Of a stretch of 64,000 nt of DNA, positions 36,286 through 46,258 are shown one piece after another (the stretch's first letter is position 1; each line of letters opens with the position of its first letter). The position numbers were made by a program, and so were the translations under genes. The DNA comes from Candidatus Levyibacteriota bacterium (GTDB lineage Bacteria > Patescibacteriota > Microgenomatia > Levybacterales > UBA12049): positions 109,614-173,613 of the forward strand of contig JAUSEW010000027.1 of NCBI GenBank assembly GCA_030651475.1. Direction: 5' to 3'. The notes below the pieces were generated by a model that was given only the letters and a program-made list of their open reading frames with translations, had not been told where the DNA came from and searched no databases.

Positions 36286-36849
36286 ATGGGAATTCTGCGG
36301 AAAATTTACTCATTTTTGCTTGATGCAGTACAGACATTTCTTCTTGCCGCTGCATTTTTTCTGGTTATTTACGTATTTTTATTCAGGCCATTTCAGGTTA
36401 ACGGAGATTCAATGTTTCCTAATTTCAAAGACCAAGAGTATGTGCTTACCAATATTATCCAGCTTCGTTTTCAAGAACCAAAATTAGGAGATGTAATTGT
36501 TTTTAAAGCTCCGCCCGATCCGGAAAAAGACTATATAAAAAGAGTTATCGGTGTGCCTGGAGATAGGGTAATGGTTAGAGATGGTAATGTTTATGTGAAC
36601 GGAAAAATGCTGGATGAAAGTTCTTATCTTAAGCCGACTGTGAGAACTTATGCGGGGTCATTTCTTAAGGAGGGAGAAGAAGTAACTGTTCCTCAAGGAA
36701 GTTTCCTGGCATTTGGAGATAATAGGCCATACAGTTCGGATTCAAGGGAATGGGGATGGGTACCAAAGGATTTAATAATTGGACATTCATTTTTCGCTTA
36801 CTGGCCTCCTCCGCTTGCAGGGCTTATTAAAAATCCTTATTCAAACTAA
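36286..36849 (+). CDS. lepB: Signal peptidase I
   Basis: V.GDSM.P (catalytic Ser), GDVIVF, DYIKRVIG.PGD (catalytic Lys), GDNR.YSSDSR.WG. Upstream TTGACA-17-GACAAT supports the 36286 start. Confidence 0.96.
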   Translation: MGILRKIYSFLLDAVQTFLLAAAFFLVIYVFLFRPFQVNGDSMFPNFKDQEYVLTNIIQLRFQEPKLGDVIVFKAPPDPEKDYIKRVIGVPGDRVMVRDGNVYVNGKMLDESSYLKPTVRTYAGSFLKEGEEVTVPQGSFLAFGDNRPYSSDSREWGWVPKDLIIGHSFFAYWPPPLAGLIKNPYSN

Positions 36850-36855
36850 GGAGTA

Positions 36856-37680
36856 CTATTTGGAGAGGATATCGGCAATTTCTTTTATTTTTGGTCCGGT
36901 AACTTCAACATCTCCCCGAACTACAATAACCATTCTTGCCAGAGATCTCGATTGGTAAATGCTGACTTTATCAAGATTATGCTTTTTTTCTACATTTTTT
37001 GCCATTTCATCCAGTTCGGGAACCCAAAGCCTATCGTGTCTGGCTCTTGGTTCTTTTTTTTGGACATCGCCTTTAATTTTCCTTGCAGCTTCTTCCGTTT
37101 CCCTGACAGTAATATTCTCACGGAGTATTTGTTTGAACAGATCAAGCATTAATTTCGGATCGCCTAAAGATATAAGAGGTCTGACGTGTCCTTCAGTGAT
37201 GACTCCGGCAACTAAAGCATCCTTTATCGCATCCGGCAAAGATAATAATCTCATTGTGTTAGAAACTGTTGGCGCGCTTTTTCCTACTCTTTTTGCCACT
37301 TCATTGGTTCCAAGACCGAATTCATCAATCAATCTTCTGTAAGCAAGAGCTCTTTCTATTGGATTTAAATCTTCCCGCTGTACGTTTTCAACAATTGACA
37401 TCTCAAGCATCCCCTGGGGTGTTGTTTCTTTTATAACTACAGGTACTTTGACAAGACCCAAAAGTTTGGATGCTCTCCAGCGTCTTTCTCCTGCAATAAT
37501 TTGATAGCCTGCAGGAGTTTTGGCAACAACTAGGGGTTCCAATACACCATGTTCCCTTATTGATTCCATTAATTCGTTCAGAGATTGGGGAGTGATTACG
37601 CCTCTTGGCTGAAGAGGATTAGACTGAAGAACACTTACTTCTAATTCAAATACTCTTTCTTCCTGCTTCTGGTTATCCAT
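36856..37680 (-). CDS. parB: ParB/Spo0J chromosome partition protein
   Basis: NPLQPR, EL.ESIREHGVLEP, IIAGERRWRA, EN.QREDLNPIE.A, HTH, GHVR.L. Confidence 0.95.
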   Translation of the reverse strand: MDNQKQEERVFELEVSVLQSNPLQPRGVITPQSLNELMESIREHGVLEPLVVAKTPAGYQIIAGERRWRASKLLGLVKVPVVIKETTPQGMLEMSIVENVQREDLNPIERALAYRRLIDEFGLGTNEVAKRVGKSAPTVSNTMRLLSLPDAIKDALVAGVITEGHVRPLISLGDPKLMLDLFKQILRENITVRETEEAARKIKGDVQKKEPRARHDRLWVPELDEMAKNVEKKHNLDKVSIYQSRSLARMVIVVRGDVEVTGPKIKEIADILSK

Positions 37681-37690
37681 AAAATATAAC

Positions 37691-37942
37691 TTACGAATTT
37701 ATAATCTCTACAATTTTCTTGCCCCTCAATGTCCTGAAATTAACAACACCTTCTTTGATTGCAAATAAAGTAAAATCATTCCCCATAGAAACACCATATC
37801 CCGGAAAAAACTTTGTGCCTTTTTGCCTTACTATAATATTGCCGGCAATAGCCTTCTGCCCGCCGTAAACCTTCACGCCTAAACGTTTTGCTATCGAGTC
37901 TCTATTGCCTTTTGTCGCTCCCTGCGCTTTTGTATGTGCCAT
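37691..37942 (-). CDS. rpmA: 50S ribosomal protein L27 (start moved to ATG 37942)
   Basis: [10 protein letters not shown]...RDS..KRLGVK.YGGQ...[23 protein letters not shown]. Confidence 0.97.
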   Translation of the reverse strand: MAHTKAQGATKGNRDSIAKRLGVKVYGGQKAIAGNIIVRQKGTKFFPGYGVSMGNDFTLFAIKEGVVNFRTLRGKKIVEIINS

Positions 37943-37947
37943 ATAGT

Positions 37948-37978
37948 AAATTAAAAATTTAAAATGAAAAGTTAAAAA
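37948..37978. repeat. Degenerate heptamer array directly upstream of rpmA
   Basis: aaattaa-aaattta-aaatgaa-aagttaa-aaa. Confidence 0.5.
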
Positions 37979-38045
37979 TAATTCTTGTGAAAATCCACTC
38001 AATGTTACTTTAAATTTTCACGCAAGTCAAGAGGTTCAAAGTATA

Positions 38046-38366
38046 TCAGCTGCCAAATGCGATATCGTCTATTTGAACTTTGCTTAAGCTTTGTCTATGT
38101 CCGGTAACTCTTCTGTAGCGTACTTTTGCTTTAAATTTAGATACTCTTATCTTTTCTCCCCTGATGTTGTCCAGGACTGTTGCTTTGACTTTGGCGCCTT
38201 TAACTTTCGGAGTACCTATTTTAGTATCCGTATCGGAAACAGTTAAAAGAACATCTTCTATAGTGAATTTGTCTTTTGGTTTAAGATCTAGTCGTTCTGT
38301 TTCGATTATGTCTCCGGCTTTTACCGTATATTGTTTGCCGGCTAGTTTGATAACAGCGTATTTCAT
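38046..38366 (-). CDS. rplU: 50S ribosomal protein L21
   Basis: YAVI..AGKQY.V..GD, GEKI.V.KFK.K.RY.R..GHRQ. Confidence 0.97.
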   Translation of the reverse strand: MKYAVIKLAGKQYTVKAGDIIETERLDLKPKDKFTIEDVLLTVSDTDTKIGTPKVKGAKVKATVLDNIRGEKIRVSKFKAKVRYRRVTGHRQSLSKVQIDDIAFGS

Positions 38367-38391
38367 TTAGAACTCTATTATAGCAAACTAT

Positions 38392-39471
38392 CTACTTAAT
38401 TTCTAGGACATTATCTTCATCAGACTTTCTGCTTATCGAAGACACAAGTCCAAGCAAAATAAAGCTGGAGAGAAGAGAACTTCCTCCATAAGAAACAAAA
38501 GGAAGAGTTATGCCGACGATAGGGAGAATTCCTATATTCATCCCTATGTTTACGAAAGCCTGAAGAAGGATAATTGAGAAAGCAGAAATAGCAAAGATTT
38601 TGGGAAATGTTTCCTGAGAATTGGAAAATATCTTAAATATTCTGAAAAGAAGAAACGCGAAGCACAAAATTACAATAAGACTGCCTACGAAGCCTAGTTC
38701 TTCGGACAAGGTTGCAAATATAAAATCAGTGTGGCGTTCCGGCAGAAATCTTAATGCAGATTGAGTTCCTTGACCTAAACCTTTTCCAAAAAACATTCCC
38801 GAACCAACAGCGATGACTGATTGGATAGCGTTATATGAAAAACCAAGAGGATCTTGCGGGTTAAGGAATGTAATAATCCGCTGTTTTTGATAGTCATGCA
38901 GAAATCTCCAAATAAGAGGAGAAAGTAGTCCTAAGGGTACGCCAAACGCCAAAAAGAAACGGATAGGGATTCCAAAAACAATAAGAGTTAAAACTGCAAC
39001 AGAAATATATATAAGAGCATTGCCAAGATCGGGCTGTATAAAAATTAATAAAGATATAGGAGTAAGAAAAATAAAAGCCAGGAGAATCGTTTTAAAAGAA
39101 TAATTTTCACGTGAAGAAAGAAACGAAGCGAAAGAAACTAAAAGAAAAGGTTTGAGGATTTCGGAAAACTGAATTCTTATTCCCCAAATTTCAACCCATC
39201 TGACAGATCCTCTTGTTGCGGCGCCTAAAACCAAAACTAAGATAAGTAAAACCAGAGACGTAATATAAATGGGAAAAGAGTAGAGTTTAATTATTCTGTA
39301 GTTTACTTGGGAGAAAAATAAAAAGGTGAAAAGAGAGATGATAAGGAAAATAAGCTGGCTTCGGAATAAAGAGAAGCTAATTGAGAAAAGCGTAGTTAAG
39401 CTTAGGAGTACCAATACGAAAACTGGCAGTATCAAAGTCCAGTCTAAATCCAAAAGGGTTCTTTTTGTCAT
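38392..39471 (-). CDS. rodA: SEDS family rod shape protein RodA
   Basis: RW, QFSE..K, QPDLGNA, YQKQRI..FL.P.DPLG.SYN..QS.IAVGSG, FLPERHTDFIF. Confidence 0.92.
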   Translation of the reverse strand: MTKRTLLDLDWTLILPVFVLVLLSLTTLFSISFSLFRSQLIFLIISLFTFLFFSQVNYRIIKLYSFPIYITSLVLLILVLVLGAATRGSVRWVEIWGIRIQFSEILKPFLLVSFASFLSSRENYSFKTILLAFIFLTPISLLIFIQPDLGNALIYISVAVLTLIVFGIPIRFFLAFGVPLGLLSPLIWRFLHDYQKQRIITFLNPQDPLGFSYNAIQSVIAVGSGMFFGKGLGQGTQSALRFLPERHTDFIFATLSEELGFVGSLIVILCFAFLLFRIFKIFSNSQETFPKIFAISAFSIILLQAFVNIGMNIGILPIVGITLPFVSYGGSSLLSSFILLGLVSSISRKSDEDNVLEIK

Positions 39472-42320
39472 ACGCGGTCAACGATAAATTTTGGCCCTTT
39501 TTTAAGATTCCTTATTAAAGTCTTTTTCTTGATAAGACCTTCAAAAGGTAAAGGCCAATCTGGCAATGTAACGTTTATGTTGTCATTAAGCTCTGTTTCG
39601 AGTCTCTTTCTTTCTTCCTGAATTTGCCTTATTATATCCCTAGCCTCCATCTCTTCCTGCAGGTCTTTAGTTATATTCGTATCAAATTCAACAAATAGCT
39701 CTCCTTTATTTTTTTCAAAAACAACCTTCTTAACATTTAGTTCATCTTTAATTAGGTCTATTAGTTCTTCATCGATTGAAAATTTAGAATTGAAAATTGA
39801 AAATTTAGCAAGCGGTTGCCTTACTTTGATATCCAATTCTTTTCGTTTTGCATGTCCTAATTCAACAATAGTCCTAACGAAAGACATATCGTCTATTAAT
39901 TTTTTATCTAGCAAACTTTCATCTTTCAACGGATAATTTTGCAAATGAACTGATTCCTCTCCTGTTAAATTAATAAACATTTCGTCGGAGATAAAAGGAA
40001 CGAACGGAGCAAGCAGTTTGCAAAGCGTTAGTAAAACTTTATACATTGTGGATAAAGCAATATTCCTTTCATTGCTATCCGAGGTAGTGCCAACACGGTT
40101 TCTGGAACGTCTTACGTACCAAGTTGAAAAATCATTTATTACGAAGTCTTGAATAGCTCGGGACGAAATCATTGCGTCGTATTTTTCTAAAGACTTATTC
40201 GTTACATCTATAACTTGATTTAGTTTCGCCAAAATCCATAGGTCTAAAGGTTTTAATGTTCCTACTTTAGTATTAGGATTCCACTTGGAAAAATTTACAT
40301 AATCAACAAAAAACTTATATGAATTCCAAAGAATTAGGTAGAATTTTCTTTTAGTTTCGCTTGCAGCTTTATATCCAAAATTTAAATTATTTTCTGGGTT
40401 TGCAGTTGCAAACATCCACCTCATAACATCTGATCCTAAATTTTGCGCTCCTTCATTGAATTCAACCGCATTGCCTTTTGATTTATGCATTTCTTCGCCT
40501 TTTTCATCTCTCACGGATGCAAATCCTAGAACGGTTGCAAAAGGATTTGTATTTTTCAAGGCAGTGCTCATAGCTATCAAGGAGTAAAACCAATTTTTAA
40601 ACTGTCCGGGAAAACTTTCGGTTATGAAATCTGCTGGAAACCAATCTTCAGGCAATGTAGAAAAAGGTACAATACCTGCATCCAGCCATGGATTGCCAAC
40701 GTCCGGTACTCTTTGCATAATCTCACCGCATTTTTCGCATTTCAATTTGACCTCATCTATCCATGGTCTGTGAGGGCTATTCCCATCGAATATATCCCAT
40801 CCTTTGACTGCTTTTTCCCTTAATTCGTTTTTTCCTCCAATTACCTCAAAATGCTTACGCTTAATACATTCCCAAATGGGCAGCGCAAGTCCCCAATATC
40901 TTTTCTTGCTGATAAGCCAATCGTGCATATTTTTTAACCAGTCCAGCTCTCTTTCTTTTCCCCAAGAAGGAATCCAGTTAATTTTTTTCACTACTTCAGC
41001 CATCTGCTCTCTGTAAGTTCTACCCGATTTATCTTTTTTATCCATAGCTATATACCATTCATCAACAACTCTCCAAACTAATTCCGTCTTACATCTCCAG
41101 CAAGTGGGGTATCGATGGGTAATTCTTTCAGTTTCAAAGAAATATTTACCGTCCTCATACGATTTAAGATAATCAATTATTAATTCAGGATGCTTCTTGG
41201 CATTTTTCCCTGCAAATTCACCCATACCTGCAACATAAGATGCATCTTCTTCAATAGAGGCAATAACTGGTAGATTATTTTCTTTCCCAAGTTTAAAATC
41301 TTCTTCTCCTGCTCCCGGAGCAACATGTAACAATCCTGTTCCTTCAGTTTCCGTGACAATATCTCCACCGTCAATAATTCGATGAACATAGTTACCTAAT
41401 GTTTTTTTAACCAAAGGGATTTCATCGAAAGGCGCAACATACTCCCAACCTATCAGCTCTTTCCCTAATTTCTTAGCAAATATCTCATCTTTCTTTTCTT
41501 TAATTAACCATCTTTTTTCCATAAGCCAAAGCTTTTCGCCATTGGAGCTTTTTGTAAGAACATATTGCTCTTTAGGATTTACAGCGATTGCAACATTTGA
41601 GGGAATTGTCCAGGGTGTTGTTGTCCAAACCAATAAATATTCGTTTGCTTTATTCTTTATAGGAAGTTTAAAATAAACAGTTTCGTGTGTTATCTCTTTA
41701 TATTCTTCAGTAAGGATTTCATGTTGGGAAATTGCCGTACCGCATCTCGGGCACCATGGTACAGTATCATGGCCTTTATATAGCCATCCTTTTTCGTTAA
41801 CAACTTTTATAAAATTCCAAATAGCGTAGTTATTTTCATCGGAAGAAGTATGGTAAGAATTATCCCAATCCATAAAATATCCAAGCCGCTTGCTTTGCTC
41901 TGTTTGAATAGCGGAAAATTTTTTGACGCGTTCTTTGCAAAGATTAATAAATTTTTCAATGCTTTCGAATTTATTTCCAGAAACAAGATTCTCAATGTCT
42001 TTTTTATTTCTTAAGCTTAATTCTTTCTCCACTTCCACCTCAACCCACAAGCCTTGTTCGTCAAAACCGTTCTGAAACCTTTGTTTTCTTCCTTTCATAT
42101 TCCAAAATCTTTGCCATAAGTCTTTGTATGTTCTTCCCCATGCATGGTGAACAGCCATGGGGTTATTTGCGGTTATCGGACCATCCAAGAAAGAAAACTT
42201 CTGTTTTGAAGAAGTGTTTTTGTGTAAATATTTGTCGACTATTCCTTTTTGCTGCCACCTAGCTAACAATTCTTCTTCAAGTTTTGGAAAATCTATTTGC
42301 GAAGAAACAGGTTTGAACAT
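39468..42320 (-). CDS. ileS: Isoleucine--tRNA ligase (type 2)
   Basis: DGPITANNPM.VHHA, WTTTPWT, GTG..H.AP..G.EDF, DW.IS.KRYWG, EMHKSKGN (KMSKS variant), WY.RRSR.R. Confidence 0.96.
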   Translation of the reverse strand: MFKPVSSQIDFPKLEEELLARWQQKGIVDKYLHKNTSSKQKFSFLDGPITANNPMAVHHAWGRTYKDLWQRFWNMKGRKQRFQNGFDEQGLWVEVEVEKELSLRNKKDIENLVSGNKFESIEKFINLCKERVKKFSAIQTEQSKRLGYFMDWDNSYHTSSDENNYAIWNFIKVVNEKGWLYKGHDTVPWCPRCGTAISQHEILTEEYKEITHETVYFKLPIKNKANEYLLVWTTTPWTIPSNVAIAVNPKEQYVLTKSSNGEKLWLMEKRWLIKEKKDEIFAKKLGKELIGWEYVAPFDEIPLVKKTLGNYVHRIIDGGDIVTETEGTGLLHVAPGAGEEDFKLGKENNLPVIASIEEDASYVAGMGEFAGKNAKKHPELIIDYLKSYEDGKYFFETERITHRYPTCWRCKTELVWRVVDEWYIAMDKKDKSGRTYREQMAEVVKKINWIPSWGKERELDWLKNMHDWLISKKRYWGLALPIWECIKRKHFEVIGGKNELREKAVKGWDIFDGNSPHRPWIDEVKLKCEKCGEIMQRVPDVGNPWLDAGIVPFSTLPEDWFPADFITESFPGQFKNWFYSLIAMSTALKNTNPFATVLGFASVRDEKGEEMHKSKGNAVEFNEGAQNLGSDVMRWMFATANPENNLNFGYKAASETKRKFYLILWNSYKFFVDYVNFSKWNPNTKVGTLKPLDLWILAKLNQVIDVTNKSLEKYDAMISSRAIQDFVINDFSTWYVRRSRNRVGTTSDSNERNIALSTMYKVLLTLCKLLAPFVPFISDEMFINLTGEESVHLQNYPLKDESLLDKKLIDDMSFVRTIVELGHAKRKELDIKVRQPLAKFSIFNSKFSIDEELIDLIKDELNVKKVVFEKNKGELFVEFDTNITKDLQEEMEARDIIRQIQEERKRLETELNDNINVTLPDWPLPFEGLIKKKTLIRNLKKGPKFIVDRV
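39775..39808 (-). repeat. TTTCAAT heptamer array x~5 inside ileS (KFSIFNSKFSI)
   Basis: Plus strand attgaaa-atttaga-attgaaa-attgaaa-atttag; same unit as the murG array. Confidence 0.85.
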
Positions 42321-42357
42321 ATTATTAATTCTATCTGATTTGGTATAATTAACGCAA

Positions 42358-42429
42358 GGACGCGTAGCTCAGCGGTAGAGTGCTTCATTCACATTGAAGA
42401 AGTCAGAGGTTCGAATCCTCTCGCGTCCA
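42358..42429 (+). tRNA. tRNA-Val (anticodon CAC), CCA not encoded
   Basis: Acceptor stem GGACGCG/CGCGTCC, D arm GCTC-AGCGGTA-GAGT, anticodon arm CTTCA-TTCACAT-TGAAG, T arm AGAGG-TTCGAAT-CCTCT; TGgTATAAT at 42341-42349. Confidence 0.97.
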
Positions 42430-42430
42430 C

Positions 42431-43480
42431 ATGAATATTCTTTTTTTATCCCGACTTTTTTATCCCCATATTGGCGGAGTTGAGAAGCATGTCCTAGAGA
42501 TAAGCAGAGAGCTTATGAAAAAAGGACATAGGATAATTGTCATAACGGAACAGCATGATAAAAATTTAAAGCTTGAAGAGGAAATAGAAGGAATAGAGGT
42601 ATACAGAATTCCCGTTGGCAAAGACAGTTTTTTTAAAAAATTTAGAATATGGCGGCAGCTATGGGAATTCAGAAAACTTATAAAAAATGCGGATATAGTT
42701 CATTGCCACGATGTATTTTTTTGGTATCTCCCTTTTAGACTTTTATATCCGAGAAAACCTGTCTATACAACATTTCATGGTTATGAAACTTATCCTATTC
42801 CCAAAAAAGCAATTCTCGTTAGGAAGATTTCCGAAATTTTATCTCGGGGAAATATATGCATAGGTCAATTTATGAAGAAATGGTATGGGACAAAACCTAC
42901 GTATGTATCGTATGGAGGCGCTAAGGTAAGCGAAAAGCGACCCTTCGGTTTCGCTCAGGGCGGGCAAGTGAAAAGCGAAAAGCAGGTAGAGCGATCGGCG
43001 GTTTTTGTAGGAAGATTGGACGAGCAGACGGGTTTCTTAACTTATCTTGAGGCGGTAAAAAAGATAAAGAAAAAATTTCCAGATTTTAAATTTACCGTAT
43101 TTGGAGACGGCAAGTTTAATAATAAGATTGGTAAGGATATCGACTTCAGAGGTTTCGTAGGAAATTATGAAAAAGAATTGCCAAAATTTAATTTTGTTTT
43201 CGCATCTCGCTATCTGTCAATTCTTGAAGCAATGGCTGCGAAAAGATTGGTATTTGCAGTTTACGATAATCCCGTTAAGGAAGACTATCTAAAGATGTCG
43301 CCATTTGCCAAATATATTATTATTGCGAATTCTGCAGATGAAATTGTTCAAAAAGTAGTTTATTTTTTAGAAAATCCCAAAGAAGAGGAATTAATAGGTA
43401 AAGCTTTTGAATGGGCAAAAAAGCAATCCTGGGAAAATCTATCCAATACATACATAAATCTTTGGCAACGAAATAAATAG
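42431..43480 (+). CDS. Glycosyltransferase family 4
   Basis: F.P..GGVEKHV.E....L...GH, DIVHCHD, TFHG, FVGRL, ILEAMAA. Confidence 0.9.
   Translation: MNILFLSRLFYPHIGGVEKHVLEISRELMKKGHRIIVITEQHDKNLKLEEEIEGIEVYRIPVGKDSFFKKFRIWRQLWEFRKLIKNADIVHCHDVFFWYLPFRLLYPRKPVYTTFHGYETYPIPKKAILVRKISEILSRGNICIGQFMKKWYGTKPTYVSYGGAKVSEKRPFGFAQGGQVKSEKQVERSAVFVGRLDEQTGFLTYLEAVKKIKKKFPDFKFTVFGDGKFNNKIGKDIDFRGFVGNYEKELPKFNFVFASRYLSILEAMAAKRLVFAVYDNPVKEDYLKMSPFAKYIIIANSADEIVQKVVYFLENPKEEELIGKAFEWAKKQSWENLSNTYINLWQRNK
42928..42983 (+). repeat. AAGCGAA heptamer array with mini palindrome CCCT-TCG-GTTTC-GCTC-AGGG inserted, in frame in the GT4 gene
   Basis: aagcgaa-aagcga-[cccttcggtttcgctcagggcgggc]-aagtgaa-aagcgaa-aagc; peptide SEKRPFGFAQGGQVKSEK. 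Confidence 0.9.
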
Positions 43481-43486
43481 AAAGAG

Positions 43487-44509
43487 TTATATCTCATACA
43501 AGGCTTCAAAAAACAGTCTTTGAATGGGGTGAGGATGTTGATAAATAGTGTGCCAATTTTTTGGAATAGGGTATTCGTCTTCTCTTATGTAGGAATTGTC
43601 CTTTGCGTACGATCTTATCCATTGCTTGTTATAAAAATAGCCATTAGTTAAGCGGTTAATCTGCTTAATGTAATTGCTTATTTGTTTTCGTGTCATTTCA
43701 TGCAATGTGCTTATTGAGATCGTAAGATTAAAATACTTTTTGGGTAAATATTCTATTTGATGGGCCATAATAAACCTAATCCGCGCGGCTTCAAATTCTT
43801 CCTTTATCTCTTCAAATGACGAAAAAGGTCTAAAAAAGAATATCTTTTCTTTGGGGAACACTTTTGATAAATACTCCTGTGATATAAGAAGAGCAGGCGG
43901 AATGTCGATAATACAATAGGAAGTTTTTGACAATGTATTTAGAAATATGTATGCCAACCTTCCGTATCCTGCACCTAGTTCAGCAATATTTTTTAACTTT
44001 AGCAAATTAATATTTTCGGATATGCTATAAAATTCATGTACGGAATTGCATAGGTCTTGAGAGATAGATTTGTTTTTATAATTAATAATAAAAGGGTTTC
44101 CGATGAGCGGTTCTTCGATGCGATCTAAAAGTTTCAATTTATCTTTGCGATAAACATAGTCATTTAAAAAAGCGACATATATTTTATATATGAAAGCAGA
44201 AATATAGTTAAAAGACGTGACATATGAACGGATTTTAGATCGAGGATTTAAAAACCGGCTGTTAAAAATCGGGGCGAAATTTCCCTTCATAAGCTCTGAA
44301 AGTATTGGAGATAATTGGTGTCTAATAATCATCAAGATTTTCCAATTAAAGTAGTGTACCGTAACTGATCTTTTGAAATTGTCAAAACCGGCATGCATCA
44401 ACTGTTTGTTGTGTATTTTATTTAATTTTTTCCAAAATTCCGAAGGGTAATAGATTCGAGGAGCTTTTTTGATTTCGTTAATCATCTCTTTTAATTGCGT
44501 ATTATTCAT
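43487..44509 (-). CDS. Putative sugar O-methyltransferase
   Basis: PS.FW, IGNP, IAELGAGYGRLA (SAM motif I), Y.IIDIPP.L..SQ.YL, S.L.EM...QI..Y. Confidence 0.8.
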   Translation of the reverse strand: MNNTQLKEMINEIKKAPRIYYPSEFWKKLNKIHNKQLMHAGFDNFKRSVTVHYFNWKILMIIRHQLSPILSELMKGNFAPIFNSRFLNPRSKIRSYVTSFNYISAFIYKIYVAFLNDYVYRKDKLKLLDRIEEPLIGNPFIINYKNKSISQDLCNSVHEFYSISENINLLKLKNIAELGAGYGRLAYIFLNTLSKTSYCIIDIPPALLISQEYLSKVFPKEKIFFFRPFSSFEEIKEEFEAARIRFIMAHQIEYLPKKYFNLTISISTLHEMTRKQISNYIKQINRLTNGYFYNKQWIRSYAKDNSYIREDEYPIPKNWHTIYQHPHPIQRLFFEALYEI

Positions 44510-46254
44510 ATAAGCTTAAGAAAAATATTTTTAATCTGTTTTGATAAAAATATTAAAATAAGAGCAACGAAGGCAAAAATACTTACAAGCATCGAGAAAA
44601 TCCTGATTCTCGTATTGGTAAAAACTACATCCACCTCATGCGATCCCTGGTTTAGACTGAAAGTTATAATACCGGGATAAGAAGAATTATTAAAGCTAAA
44701 TGGATAAGGATTGCCATTTACTTTTACAATCCAGTTTGGGAAATATAAGGTATTCTCTTTTATAAACGCTGTTTTGGATATAACATTTATTAAATATGCG
44801 TGCTTCACCGAATTTCTCGACAGTTCTTGGATATCTGCTTTTCCTTGTCTAACCTCAATATGGGGTACTGTTCTCTGATTGGATTTGAAATTATTGGAAT
44901 TGACCCATATTGTAGTTCCTTGTCCAACCTTAGCTATGCTACTGGGCAATTCGTATAGAATAGAAGAATCAGTTAATAGAGGTAAGGTTTTCCTATTTCC
45001 CCAATTTAAAATAGTTGTTGATATCGCAATTAGACACAGAACGACAACAAGCCATTTTTGAGTGATAGTCTTTGTAACTACACCAGCGATTATAGAGATG
45101 AAAAATGTAATTGGCAAAAGCAGTCTATAGGAATATTGGAAACCTTTTAGCAATAAAACATTCGTCCATATTATCTTTGAGAACGATTGGGTCATGAAAA
45201 GGAGTATGAAAAGAGAAATAATAGATATCAAATATACTATTTTTTCCTTCAGCGAAATCTTATTCTTGAAAAATAAAATAATAGACAATATAACAATGAA
45301 CAATTGGATATATCCTAATAAGAAAGACAATTCACCATTGGGTCCTTGGAATAGAAATCCCCATCTCCATGGGGAATAAAAAAGCTGATTTAACGATATG
45401 AACGATACAGCTCCCGTTGTTAATAAATTTGTATATTTAGCTTCGAAAATAACAGGTATCCAGTAAAACGAAGACAACAACAGACCCATGGCAAGAGAAA
45501 GAATATAAAAAAATATATATTTAATTTTTTTTCTATTGCCCTCAAACCAGAGATATAGGCAGTAAGTAATAATAAACGGAAACGATATAAGCGATATAGC
45601 TTGGTGGGAAAGTATGAGAAGCGAAATGCTTAGTGCAGACAAAAAAAACCATAGATATTTCATATCGTGAGACATTTTTCTTATGGCAAAAAAACAAAAC
45701 GGAAGGATAGCAAACGCAATGATCTCTCCGATAGCTGCCCTAAAATGTAAATCAACAAGGTGATATGGAGAAAAAAGATAAATTATTGCCGCCGCAAATG
45801 CCGAAAATTTATTTCTGAACTCTTCTTTTATAAAAAGATACATAGTGACGCCTGAAGCAATAAATGAAAAAGCAAGGATGAGCTTTAGGCTATTGATAAA
45901 GCTAAATCCTATAAAATGAAAGAATGACGCTAAATAATAAGGAAGAGGATAAGCAAAAATAAAAAGAGGATATCCATAGCCGTAAATAATTTGACTGCTC
46001 CATCGTGGGATAAAATTACCGTCTTTTAGGGATTCGTAAAAGGACATGGCAAATCCAGTATGAATAGTTAAATCCGAACTTTCGTACGTCCCTTTCCTTA
46101 GTATGCTTACCAGAGGCAATATGGAAATTAAAATTAGGAGGAATAATAAATTAATATTTCTTTTTGGGTAAACATATCTATAGATTATTATCCCGACGAT
46201 AAGGGTAATTGAAAATATCAAGTTAATTACGACCATTCTATAGGGTTCAATCAT
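44506..46254 (-). CDS. Multi-TM membrane protein, PTPS-related/YfhO-like GT-C family (paralog 1)
   Basis: D..H, G...PRW, GYGYPLF.F.YPLPYY, SG.TMY, PYH.VD.H.R...GE, C-terminal LYFPNW. Confidence 0.8.
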   Translation of the reverse strand: MIEPYRMVVINLIFSITLIVGIIIYRYVYPKRNINLLFLLILISILPLVSILRKGTYESSDLTIHTGFAMSFYESLKDGNFIPRWSSQIIYGYGYPLFIFAYPLPYYLASFFHFIGFSFINSLKLILAFSFIASGVTMYLFIKEEFRNKFSAFAAAIIYLFSPYHLVDLHFRAAIGEIIAFAILPFCFFAIRKMSHDMKYLWFFLSALSISLLILSHQAISLISFPFIITYCLYLWFEGNRKKIKYIFFYILSLAMGLLLSSFYWIPVIFEAKYTNLLTTGAVSFISLNQLFYSPWRWGFLFQGPNGELSFLLGYIQLFIVILSIILFFKNKISLKEKIVYLISIISLFILLFMTQSFSKIIWTNVLLLKGFQYSYRLLLPITFFISIIAGVVTKTITQKWLVVVLCLIAISTTILNWGNRKTLPLLTDSSILYELPSSIAKVGQGTTIWVNSNNFKSNQRTVPHIEVRQGKADIQELSRNSVKHAYLINVISKTAFIKENTLYFPNWIVKVNGNPYPFSFNNSSYPGIITFSLNQGSHEVDVVFTNTRIRIFSMLVSIFAFVALILIFLSKQIKNIFLKLI

Positions 46255-46258
46255 ATGT

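Noticed and set aside
40480-40495. IleRS EMHKS instead of KMSKS as a sign of inactivation
   Set aside because: The rest of the enzyme is intact, and motif variation of this kind is tolerated in type-2 IleRS.
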